Shown here: in pieces, positions 51,274-64,000 of the stretch
Position numbering within the stretch: the stretch's first letter is position 1
Layout of the letters: each line of letters starts with the position of its first letter
Assembly (NCBI RefSeq): GCF_009914755.1
Contig: NC_060933.1
DNA: 64,000 nucleotides
Reading direction: 5' to 3' (one strand)
From: the human T2T-CHM13v2.0 reference genome, Homo sapiens
Position numbers and translations under genes: made by a program
The notes under the pieces: generated by a model
Told to the model about the DNA's origin: nothing
What the model saw: only the letters and a program-made list of their open reading frames with translations
The model's database searches: none

Positions 51274-51951
51274 CGCAAGGATAGTTTTAAGAGAGTCAAT
51301 TTCTAGCTCTTCAACTTCCATGTGTACTCTTTCTTAAAAATTATATGTCTGTGAATGCCTTTGTGGTCAAGGCTTAGGCTGGTTTTCAGGAATCACTCCA
51401 CCTGTCCTTTCTAATTCCCCTTTCACAATTATTTATCTACTTTACAAAAGAAAGGCGTATCTCCTAACCAGCCAAATCCTACTGTGGTGTATTGCCATGA
51501 GGCAAAAAAAAAAAAAAAAAAAACCCAGAGAAGAGGAGAGGCAAACAAAATGCTGGTGTCTGTGGTGAATGTAAATGCCTCTAATAAAAATCCAAATTTT
51601 TAGCTTTCATAAAATTACATTGATAGTGGATGATCATTACAAATAATTTTTGATGATACATCACTGTTATTTTTTGTCATGTAATTAAGAAGGAATCAAA
51701 ATAATTGAGTGGCACTATTGTAATATATCTTCTATTCCCAAACTCAAAGTATTTCTATTATTTTTAATTTGCTATCATAAAGAATATTGGGGTTTTTCCA
51801 TTTTTATCAACTATAAAAAAAAAATTAGGGATAGAAAAGGAACAGTTTCATTCACGCAGTAAATAATGTCGACCCAAAGATATGTGAATGTATAGGGAAA
51901 AAATCTCATCTTTCTTATTAAAGTCGTTGTAAGTAAACATAAAAAGTAATT

Positions 51952-52096
51952 ATTATTATTATTTTAATATTTGTTTATTATTATTATATTTTAAGTTTTA
52001 GGGTACATGTGCACAACATGCAGGTTTGTTACATATGTATACATGTGCCATGTTGGTGTGCTGCACCCATTAACTCGTCATTTAGCATTAGGTATA
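51952..52096 (-). mobile_element. Very short L1PA 3' end
   Basis: ttttaagttttagggtacatgtgcacaac...ttagcattaggtata; TSD aaaaagtaatt. Confidence 0.88.
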
Positions 52097-53349
52097 AAAA
52101 AAAAAAGTAATTTTTAATTAAAATTTGTAACATTTGTTTTGATCAATTATATATTCTAATAATTGTGAAAACTCAATATAGAAGATATTTTCATCCTTTG
52201 AGATTTTATAAAAAGCTTAAAAATTCAATTTATAGAAAATAGGGCCTAGCTTGTTGCCCCTGTCATTTTTGTTGCAGATAAGCATGATAAGCTACTCAAT
52301 AAAATATTTGAAAATATGTGTAATAAAAATATATCATCTCAGGGAGAAGTTCAAACAAACAAACAAAATATATCATCTTATGCTGAAATTCTGTAGAAGT
52401 ACAACAAAGGAATTCAAGGAGGAAAGGGAAATGATATATAATTTTTGCCTGTTAAAGAAGAGCTGAGCTGTATACAAATGATGGTGGGTATGAAAAAGCA
52501 ATAATATTTATACTTCATTTGATACATTTAAGGCTGATTTAAAAGTTTTATTTTAAAATGTCAATATTTACAACCCCCCTCCCCCAAGAAATTACATGCT
52601 TTGCAACTACAATGAAAGATTTAGATATCAACTTTAAAAATGTACAAGGAAATATATGGACTTTCAATATTTTGGGAAAGAATATGCAAGCACAAGTTGT
52701 GAAGACACTTGATATATCAAATATGTGAAAACAGCCAGTCCATTAATAAGACATGATTAAATAAACAATGGTATATTAATACACTAGAATATTCAAAGAA
52801 GGGTATCAACAAGAATGATCTATATTCACTGACAATGAGCTCTCCCCATACTATTTTAAAAAGTATTTCTATTATTTTAAGCTTATTATCATAAAGAACA
52901 CTGGTTTTCGTTTTTTAAAATAAGCAGGCCTTAAAATTCTGGTCAATGATAAAAGCTGTAAAAGAATACATCACCATGAGGGCAAAAAGACATCCACCAA
53001 TCTCTTACAGCAACTCCAATTTTTCAGATTTCAAGCCATGAGATTAAAATGGAATAAATAGACAGAGGTAGTTTTTTTTTTGTTTTTTGTTTTTTCGGTA
53101 ATTTTCTTTACCAAAAAAAGGGTAGGAAGGTTAAGGAATAGAAAAAAACATTAGTTTTCTGAGATTCTCATACTGAATAAATTGTCATACATAAACCAGA
53201 GTCATTAACTTAAGCATAAAAATCAGTTTATCACTGTGGTACCACAATCTCTACATACTTATGTTAAAAATTTCCATTATTTGTTTGTCCTATAAGTTAG
53301 AAGAGAGAAATTACAGCAAGTGTTTGTTAACCACAGTAACAAAGGGCAG

Positions 53350-53575
53350 TGATAATTTATTGAGTGATGAGATGTGTCGGATGCTGTGTTAAGTGCTTTA
53401 TCTACATGAACTTAATCCTTACAATAGTCCTGTGAGGTGTTAGCACCAATTTGCCAAAAAGGAAACTGAGGCACAGAGAGGTTGCATAACTTGATAGAGG
53501 TCACACAACTAGTAAATGGTTGGGCTGGATTTCAAACTCAAGTGTCTCACTCTAAAACTCATGTTCTTGACCATT
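53350..53575 (-). mobile_element. MIR
   Basis: aatccttacaa...ctgtgagg...ggaaactgaggcacagagaggtt...ggtcacaca.ctagtaa. Confidence 0.8.
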
Positions 53576-54769
53576 CTCCTGCTTTGTCTTTTTATTCCTT
53601 CCAAATAAGTTCACCTCTAATCAATAAAACCTACTGAATATCTAAGGCATTATGTGTGGGGGATAGAGGGGGAGGGAGGTAACAACGAAGAGCAAGGACA
53701 TTCATGGGATTTTCTATGTACTGTGATCTCCTTTGGGAGTAAAGAACTATATGCAACCTAGAGGAAAGGATGGGGGTAGGTATCAGGAGAGGAAAGAGAA
53801 CTTGACTGAGTGCCTACTCTGGGCAGTACTTTAATCTTCTTAGCACCCTATGAGATAAACGGTGTTAACACCAATTTTATAGATGACATATCTGGAGCTC
53901 AGAGAAACCACATCTCTTGCCTAAGGTCAATACACCATATATGAGAGTAGGGGCTGTCCGTATCAACATGCTTTCTTGAGAAACTACAAGTGGGCCAAAG
54001 ACATACTTAATACTATGGAAAGGAAGAGCTGTGGGGAAATTAACACCACTTACAGGTGAGATACAGTTCACATTTATAACAACATAGATAATTTGGATAC
54101 ATATATCACAGATAAACTAGACAGTTATATCATCTGACATATACTTATTTGGAAGAGTCTGATTTATTGGATAGGATCGATTTTAACCACCTATAAATGT
54201 TTTCTTTTTTCTGGTATAAAGTAACATAATTATTGCAATACATTTTTCCTGTAGTAAATTTAAGTTAATACTTTTTTTCCAGTTGCTCAAAAGATTTATA
54301 AATATGTAGGTTTTTTACTAAGAAGATAATTACAGAAATCGTAACTTACTGTCAATGCTATTTCTAGGTGTATGCCTAGCATCTATATTTCTCTCTCAAC
54401 TGAACAATGCTGGCACTGGAAGACTTGGTGATACCCTGAAGGAATAATAACATCAATGCAATCACCACCACGAACCTTTTCCCTTTTCTCTGCTCTCACT
54501 ATATGCAGGCGCTGTTCTAAGTACTTTTACATGGATTTCTCAACATCCCTGTCAGGTATTATTATTACCCCCTTTTTACACATGAGAAAACTGAGGCATA
54601 TGGAGGATAAGGCAGTCTCTCAGGATCACAAAGCTAGAAATTACACCCACGTAATTGTAAACACTATGCTACGTTATTCTCGGCAAAATGAACACCTTGG
54701 CTACGCAAGAATTAGTTTTTTTTCCCTATATAAAGTGTTTAGAAAGTATCTGCTCAAGGCTGAAGCTTA

Positions 54770-55600
<831 letters not shown>

Positions 55601-58513
55601 GTAGCTGAGAGGTAACAGTGGAGTTCAGGCTAGAGATTAGTTTTTTTCCTTACTTTGTGTGTGGCAAATACTCTCCAGGAGGAGAAAACACTGCTGGCAA
55701 GACAGCAGCAACAAAAAGCACGGGACTGGAACAAATAATTGAAGACTCTGGTTGCCACTCATGGGTGGTATAAACATCACTTGGAATTTACAAAACACAC
55801 AGGCCCATGCTTAACCACTGAAGAATTAGCTTTAGGAAATAAAGGTAGAGGATGGGCAACTATATGTTTTAAAGTTCCCCCAAGTGATTCTGATGTCCAA
55901 TCCCTGTTAAAAGCACATATTTGGAGAAAAAGTCTCAAAAGGCATGTGGTAAAGTATGCAGTAAATAAAATAACACACATTTGTTTTTTTTAAAACCCAC
56001 ATACCTGACTGGGGACTCAAAAATATTGTTGTTTTTTGTTTCTTTTTGTCTTCATGTAAAAGCACTGCCTAAAAAATGAAATAGACTGGTTTACAAAATC
56101 GAAAGGAAGAGCATCTGAAACAGCCTTAAAACCGAAACCATATCCAAGGAGAGCTGAAATAAGGCATGTGGGTGGCAGAATTTTGCAAGTTAACTGAAAA
56201 GCAAGACCATGGGCAGGAGTTCTGAAACAAGGCCCCGCCATCCGGTGCCCAGTAAGCCTCACCACGCACCACACCCGCGCAGGACAGACAGGAGTGCTGC
56301 AGGTCAGCCAGAGGAAGGAGGGCCCACACTGCCAGCACAGCGCAAGGACATGGTGCAGAGCTGAGAGCACTCAGGGAGCAGCTCCTGAGTGAACAGATGA
56401 CAGACACGCCTCCTTCTCCGTTTGAGCTAGGTTTACCTGAACAAATAAACCAGTTGGTTTCAATGGGACAGGTGAGGGCGATCCAAACATACAATCTGAT
56501 TTAGACATTCCTAAAAAAGAAATTAGCACTTTTTGTTCCTACTTTAAATTGAAAGCAGTAGCCCTGTTTTCAAACTTTCACAGAGAGACTGTCTGTTGGT
56601 GTGACAGAAGCTCCACTCAGTATATTGTGTGGACAAAGGAGCAATATATCTGAAGAAACAAGAGAGAGCAGCATAATTTTGAGAGAGGAAGAAGCAGCTG
56701 ATTATTTTTGAACTGCCACCAAAGGAAATTCCCTGTATCTATCCCCATGCCTCCACTGTCATTTCACTTTTAAAATATGATGACTACTAACTTTAATGTG
56801 TCAAGACTGCATTCTGAAGGGACCACATTTCTAGATAAGTGCTCTTCCTTATGCTTGATAATTCCCCTGCCACCCGGACTACCCGCCCCGCATCTTTTTG
56901 AGTTGCTGCTGTCCCCACAGGCTGCCAAAATCATTGGTCTAACTGTTGTGAGAGCTTCCCTAGTACACAACTTAAAACTTGCTGCTAGCGAGAAAAAAGA
57001 AATTCATCAAAGCTGGGGCAAATTCTCCACTTTGTTGTACCAAAGAGGAAGACTGTAATAATGTTTCAGTCATGAGTAATCAACACAGGCCTCGAGTAAT
57101 TTTAGGAATAATTTTGGGAATACTATTTAAAAGTTATCTATACTATTTACAGTTTCCTTACCTGTAAAACAGCAGATATTAATGTATTTAATGAAGCTGT
57201 TGTAAAAATTAAATGAAATTATCCATGTAAAGTACTTAAAATAGTGCCTAACTCATAGTGAATGCTCAATGAATGTTAGCAACTATTATTATTGTAATTT
57301 CTTTTAAATACATTTTCCTCTTAAAACAACAAAAGAAAATCACTTTATTCTGGTATATGTCCCATGTGAGCAGCTAAAGCTGTATCTTTCATAAACATTT
57401 AAACCCTACTCTAAAAATAATAGATAAAAATTTTTAAGTATTTTGATCTTTTCATATAAAGCTCCTTTAAAAAAGAATGGGTATGATCTAAAAATCTCCT
57501 GTCTTAAAAAAAGATACACTATATTGCTGAATATGATAAAATAAAATAGAAGAGAGGTATTCTTGTTCCAAGAACTATACACATGGAGTATTTTAGGGAA
57601 ACTGTAAAGCAGCTGACACTTTATGCTGTCCACAAACATATATATACAACTGAGGATAGCGACAGGATTGACTACTTTAATTAGAAAAAAATTACTTCCA
57701 AATATTTCTTTTCTATGCTTATCAAATTTCATCACTTGCACAGTTCTGAGAAGTGAGAATGTAAATTGCTTTGTAAATCATTACTTATTATACACACACA
57801 AGGTACCCTTATAGTTAGTAGTCTGTTTAAAAGGTGCCCACAATAGACATTTCACCCATTTAGCAAAAATGGCCAATTTGTATTTAACAACTCAAAGGGG
57901 CCAGATTTGTGGATGGTGTTGTTAATGACTGCTAATAGATATTTTCTTCGTCATAAGAATAATCATGCTCACTTGTAGAAAATCAAAATGACAAAATCTA
58001 CAGAAAAAAATCTTCCATAATTCCCCTCTGCAGATTCACCCACTGCTAACTATGCAGCCTATTTCTTTCTGTTCCCTTTTCTATGCATGTGCCTGTGTGT
58101 GGCTCACCTGTGCACAGAGCATGGTGTCCTGAGATAACTCTGGCTACCGCCACCCCTGTGATTTGATTTCACAAGTACATATATCAAGTAGCAAAGCTCA
58201 AGTTGCAGCTTCTTTTCTGGTCACTGAGGCTACATGTGCAGGTACCAGGGATGATTACACTTTCACCTCACTGATAATCTTAGAAAAGTTCACCAAATGA
58301 CTCTCATAAGACTCTAAATAAAGCCAGGAATAAGATATATGGAGGATCAACATTAAAGGAGGGGGAAGGGATTTTACTTTCTTAAAAACAAGATCTTTTT
58401 TGAGTAAATATATTGATAAAGAAATAAAGATAACTAAAATAGTAAAGAGCTCTAAAAAGCAGATTTCCCTTGAGATGTTAGAGCAAACATCAAGGTGTGA
58501 TAGGTGTCCATAC

Positions 58514-58839
58514 CTGAAGAGCCTTTAAACTGTGGGCATTCCTTTTTAATGTGCCCTTCTCTTCCACAAATAAAACAACGTTTTTCTCTTAAGTCTTTGT
58601 CATCCTGTCTCTTCCATTTTTCTACTGGTGGCCTGAGGATCTTCTCCCTCCCCAGGTCAGCAGCTGCCCGCATTGGCTTGGCTTTCTGAGGTGTGCACTG
58701 TATGGGCTTATCTTCTTTTGTTGACACCTCCCTTTCTGTGTACTTGTTGTGAATTTCTTTGTCCTCTTTGCTTCTTTTTTCCTTGTTCTCAGGGTATCTT
58801 TGGTTCAGGGCATCTTCCTGATCTCGCCGCCGTCTTACT
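58514..58839 (-). CDS. TUT7: TUT7 penultimate coding exon with last CCHC zinc knuckle
   Basis: 326 nt VRRRRDQEDALNQRYPE...EKRCFICGREGHIKKECPQFKGSS(G); tacag/GTATG; ends in phase 1. Confidence 0.97.
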
Positions 58840-59720
58840 CTGTAGAAGATATCATATTAGTAGCAAAAATCTAAACAGAAGCCTAACAAAATATTAAGGC
58901 AATTCCCAAAATATTAAGGCAATTCTAGATTTAAGAGATGACCAGGAATAGAAAGTATTAAAAGGAAAAGCAAGAACCTAAATGAAAATCCATCTTCTCT
59001 GTTAAGATGCTCCCTCAGGGTTTAAGGGTGCAGTTTTTCTTCTTCATTTTCAAAGTTGCTCTAGTGCTGTAAAACCAATGACTGCAATTAGTGGCACTCC
59101 TTGGCTGAATGCCTACTTTGACACTGATGTAATGAAAGGCAAATCATCCATGGAGTGATTTCTTGAACGGCCTTTCTGGCACATTAGCATTCTTTCTTTA
59201 CTTGGCACTGGAAATTTTAGATGTGAAGGCTTAAATTCACAAAGGAACAATGGTTTTAAGATTTATGCTCTTAAAATGTCAAAATCATTTCTCCCTTATC
59301 CTAATAATCACTGATTTTTGAGTAATGAAAAAAAGGACTGAAAAACAAAGCTTCTCAAATTCCAGATGGTAACCTAATTTGAGCACCATGTTTTAAAATA
59401 TTGCTGTACAGTTAAAAACACCACCACTACCACCCAAAACAACGTATCCCAAGGCAAGCAAGCAAAAACATGTCTCTCTTGCCCCCCAATAAACGCCACC
59501 AGAAGAAAGCATGGGGACTAAACTGCATGGCTTACCTACTCACAACAATTATTAAGGGTTAAGTGGAATACAAAGAGTGCTAAAATCCAGTGAACTGTTT
59601 GTGAATATATATCCCAACGTGCTGAACAGTTACTGTGCATTAGAGATGTAACTGAGATCCTGAAGGAACTCATTTGACTGTTTACTGACTGAAATGATTC
59701 TGAACTTCTCACTACTGTAA

Positions 59721-60143
<423 letters not shown>

Positions 60144-60320
60144 TAAAGTCATGTTTTAAATCACTTCATTTCATTAAAAAATAAAATAAAAAACTTAAAT
60201 GTATCTGAAAACTGCTGGATTTTACACAAGTGTATTTTCTTTGTTATAATAGTACCTCATTTAAAAATTGGGACATTAAGAAAATAAAAACACAACCAAC
60301 CCCTTTGAACATTTACTTAC

Positions 60321-60436
60321 TTTCTCCTCATAGGACAGTCCTTCATGAAGTGTCCGATTTTTCCACAAATTCGACAACATCTATCATTTGGGGCCAGCTC
60401 TCCTTCAGTTAACACATCTGGATCAAAAAAGTATTC
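60321..60436 (-). CDS. TUT7: TUT7 exon with CCHC zinc knuckle
   Basis: 116 nt EYFFDPDVLTEGELAPNDRCCRICGKIGHFMKDCPMRR(K); CX2CX4HX4C; ctag/GTAAGT. Confidence 0.97.
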
Positions 60437-61204
60437 CTAGAAGAACATAAATATATAAAAGCCTGAACTATTCACGTGAGATCGGAACACAAAACTAACC
60501 AGATATTAAACAGTTATCTTACAATTCAATGTTGATATAACATTACTTTTAATAAATATTATTTATACTGCTTAATTCCAAACAAAATCTAAGACCATCA
60601 AGGTCTAACTCAGGATAGTTTTAACTAAATCCATTTTTGTTTATTCCTTTTAGTCATGCAGAGCACTCGTGAGCCCTAACCCTAAAGGTTTAAGCACACT
60701 TCTAAAGAAGCGGATGAGTCAGCTTTTCAGGATGTGGGAGGGAGTTGAGGCCAGGTACACAGGCTTTGTCTCCTCATCAAATGAAAAGGCTAAAACATAA
60801 TGAATTGAGAAACATGATTTGCATCATACAGATTATATTGAAGAAAAGAAAAAAAACTATGTGTTTCTACTTTGCTTAGTTGTGGCTGCTGAAGGAAAAA
60901 TAACAGAACAAAGGAAAGATAATGGTCTAGCCTGTAGCCTCTTTGTACTAAAATTAAGGTGGAGGCCAGCAACATGAGCATCCCCAGGGAGCTTGCTGGA
61001 AAAGCAGTCTTGAGCCTGATCCTAGACCTGCTGAATCAGAATCTGCACTTTAACAAAATCCTCAGGTGATTTGTTCGAACAAGTTTCAGAAGCACTGGTG
61101 TAGAAGCCACATCAATATCTACCATAAATCAGATGTACAGATGTAATCAAACACTGAATGTGCCTATAAAGCAATACACTTACGTTAAATTTTAAAAGTC
61201 TTCA

Positions 61205-61482
61205 CTGGGAGTACAGAGGGAATAGGGGGTTGCTGGTCAAAGGGTACAAAGTTTCAGATAGACAGGAGGAATAAGTTTTGAGATCTATTGCGCAGCAGGG
61301 TGACTATAGTCAATAATAGTGTATATTTCAAGATAACTAAGAGTAAATCTCAAATGTCTCCCCACAAAAAATGGTGAGGTGATATATATATGTTAATTAA
61401 CTTGATTTCATCATTCCATATACATGTATCAAATCATCACGTTGTGCTCCATAAACTGTATGTCAATTAAAAATAAGAATAA
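61205..61482 (+). mobile_element. L1MA 3' end
   Basis: ggtcaaagggtacaaagtttcag...gggtgactatagtcaataat. Confidence 0.8.
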
Positions 61483-62090
61483 AAAGTATAAGGAAATTAA
61501 TGCAGAAGAACATAATATTATTCTTAGCAAGATCATCTAGTCCCTAGCCATTTTTCTCTCACTGAAATTATTTTTTTGACATAATTTTGCTTTGTTTTCA
61601 ATAAATGTGGTTCCTGAAAAACTCGAGTATCAAGTTACATGAGAAGAGATAGCTGTCTGCTACAGGAAGCACTGTTAACCCCCTAGTCCCAGCAAAAGAT
61701 TTACTACTTTTTGCAAGCAGATTGGAAAATCTAGATTCTAGATATGTACAAACTGGGCTTGGCCAAGGCTGGCATCAAGCCGAATGCTGGCAGAACAGCA
61801 ATGCACCTATGAAGGCTAGCACAGATAACCAGAAAAAAAAAAGGCATCAAAGAGGAAAACAAGAATTTAACAACCTTAAATCCAACTTCTTACTATTTCT
61901 CTCTATTCTGATGGCCTCTACCCGGGGATGTTTAAGAAAAAGGGGGGCTCTGGGAATCATTCTGTACTATAGTCATTTACTTTGGCTAGACTCACAGACT
62001 TTCTAAATATTTAAGTTACTACTGAAGTGATGTGTACAAATTAGGCACTTTTTTTTATTTTTTATTTTTTGGTATTTCCAACACACTTAC

Positions 62091-62182
62091 CATTTTTGAG
62101 GGGTAGTCCTTTGGAAATCCCTTGACAGGAATACCAAATACTCTTCTACCATTGATAAAAGCCTTCATTATAAAATTTGTCA
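62091..62182 (-). CDS. TUT7: TUT7 internal exon
   Basis: 92 nt (M)[30 protein letters not shown]; tttttag/GTAAGT; phases fit both neighbours. Confidence 0.96.
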
Positions 62183-62426
62183 CTAAAAAGAAGAGTAAGA
62201 ACTCACTTAGGCGGGTTAAAAGGAAAAGAGATTGTATTACAAATGACAAACTACCTGGGCCTGGTGGCGCCTGTTATTCTAGCACTCTGGGAGGCTGGGG
62301 TAGGTGGATCACTTGAGCCCAGGAGTTTGAGACCAGCCTGGGCAATAAAAGCAAGACCCTGTCTCTATTATAAAAGTAAATACATAAGTAAAATAAAAAA
62401 TAAAATTGACAAACGAAGTAACTCAC

Positions 62427-62474
62427 TTTTCCTTGATAATCCAGCTCCAAGATTATGATTCAAATCAAAGGGAT
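62427..62474 (-). CDS. TUT7: TUT7 internal exon (nucleotide-recognition motif)
   Basis: 48 nt (D)[15 protein letters not shown](M); PFDLNHN matches the Cid1/TUT4/7 PAP-associated motif with the uridine-selecting His; ag/GTGAGT boundaries. Confidence 0.96.
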
Positions 62475-63760
62475 CTAAGCAAAAAAATTTAAGAGCAAAT
62501 AAGGTAATCAAATAGAAAATGCCACCATTCATCCAATAAGTAAAGTTCATAAAACAAGACAAGAATATCATCTACTTTGCTTATCATTAATAAGTTTTAA
62601 ATTCACATGATAGAAAAGAAGTGCAAAAAAAAGTTTAAAATGACACCTGTTAAATGAGCTTAGAAGTTATAATAAAGCTAAGCAATACATATTCCTAAAC
62701 AGAAGGCAAGTTTTTCCACTACACTGTTCATCAGAATAGAGTGTACTACTTTATATTTAAATCATTATAAAGCTCTTTATGTTATGACTGGCTGCCTATT
62801 TTTGAACAAAATACTGTTTGCAGAAGACACATTAGCCTGATATTACTTAATGACACTAGTTTTGGATGTATATAGAAGTTATAAATACATTTAAAACATT
62901 TTGGCACTAAATGTTCCCACTATGTAACAAATTTCTTAAAGATCACTTCAGAAAATAATTCATGATGGAGATTACAAAACACACTTATAAAACACACAGA
63001 TATATACATCTGTCCCAATGGCATGCCATTGGCTACCTGGATCTTGGGATACAATTTCTAGTAAAAGCTTAATATAGACTCTCATTTGATCTTACATGTC
63101 TGCATCTGAAACATCTTAGATAGCTGTATATAGGATATGTTTTGGAATACTGTTTGTTAAATAACCCAGAAAATGGTAGGAATGATGAAAACAATGCTAA
63201 TGTCAAAGATTTATGTGAGGTGTGAATAAACTGTCTCATGAAATAAATGGGGTTAAAAGCACTATTTCTAAATCCAAATACTGTTTTATAAGTGATCTAA
63301 AATAACATACACCCATGATTCATAATTTAGACATTATGTGTAGATATCTAACTTCTATTTTTCACATCCCTAAAACAATATTCAAGAAGGCAAAGAGAAA
63401 AAAGCGATGACCTTTTTTCGGGAATCCTCTTATTGAGAAAATGAAGGACTGCATGGATATAGCATACACAAGAGAAGTAAAGAAGTAAAAAGTGGCATCT
63501 TCCACTTGCCAGGTATGCTTCTAGTGAACGGTAACTGAGGTGTACCACATTGAGATTGAGACTATCAGTTTATCGAAGTATAGGACCCTTCCTTCAGCTC
63601 AACCCTGCAGTAATTATTGCTATGAGAAGGTTACCTTCATCAGTTTGGTCATTCTTTCTTCAAGTGATTTTTATATGTGTATGTGTATTTTTGGTTATTT
63701 GCTTGGTGTAGTGGAGATACTACAATATTAGCTACTGTGCAGTTAAAGAAACTACTACTG

Positions 63761-64000
63761 GCTGGGTGCTGTGGCTCACGCCTGTAATCCCAGCACTTTG
63801 GGAGGCTGAGGTGGGCTAATCACCTGAGGTCAGAAGTTCAAGATCAGCCTGGCCAACATGGTGAAACACTCTCTCTACTAAAAATACAAAAATTAGCCAG
63901 GCTTGGTGGTGTGTGCCTGTAGTCCCAGCTACTCTGGAGGCTGACAACGGGTGAACCCAGGAAGCGGAGGGTGCAGTGACCTGAAATCGCACCATTACAC
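63761..64000 (+). mobile_element. Alu (runs off the window)
   Basis: Alu consensus. Confidence 0.93.

Noticed and set aside
58452-58513. ORF extension MDTYHTLMFALTSQGKSAF after the last zinc knuckle
   Set aside because: Simple read-through past the GTATG donor; no independent support beyond possible intron retention
58889-58926. 20-bp tandem duplication aaaatattaaggcaattc upstream of a TUT7 acceptor
   Set aside because: Ordinary slippage duplication about 50 nt from the splice site with no evident consequence

Overview
Human (primate) genomic DNA, Alu-rich. From the spliced protein sequences I recognise it as the TUT7(ZCCHC6)-ISCA1-C9orf153 locus on 9q21.33, with all genes on the minus strand, head to tail. 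The window holds the last five coding exons, final exon and 3' UTR of TUT7 (about 44960-62474). It holds the complete four-exon ISCA1 gene (129 aa, CDS 23269-39687) with its CpG-island promoter. It probably also holds the non-coding first exon and part of intron 1 of C9orf153; that assignment comes from recalled gene order plus a consensus donor at 16769-16774. The rest is interspersed repeats: Alu/FLAM/FAM, a young 5'-truncated L1PA, MER-type DNA transposons, ERV1 LTR and internal remnants, and a tailless 7SK retropseudogene. Nearly all ORFs in the track are repeat-derived noise. I see no new multi-gene system. The best leads are splice-level. (1) An upstream ISCA1 first exon would swap the mitochondrial presequence for MMVFVT in frame. 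(2) A dual-frame 64-nt cassette exon and a partner or poison exon lie in the last TUT7 intron. (3) A well-formed exon lies just past the ISCA1 poly(A) site, in frame with exon 3. (4) A 99-bp inverted templated insertion sits in ISCA1 intron 2. Repeat family names come from recalled consensus sequences, and repeat boundaries are approximate.
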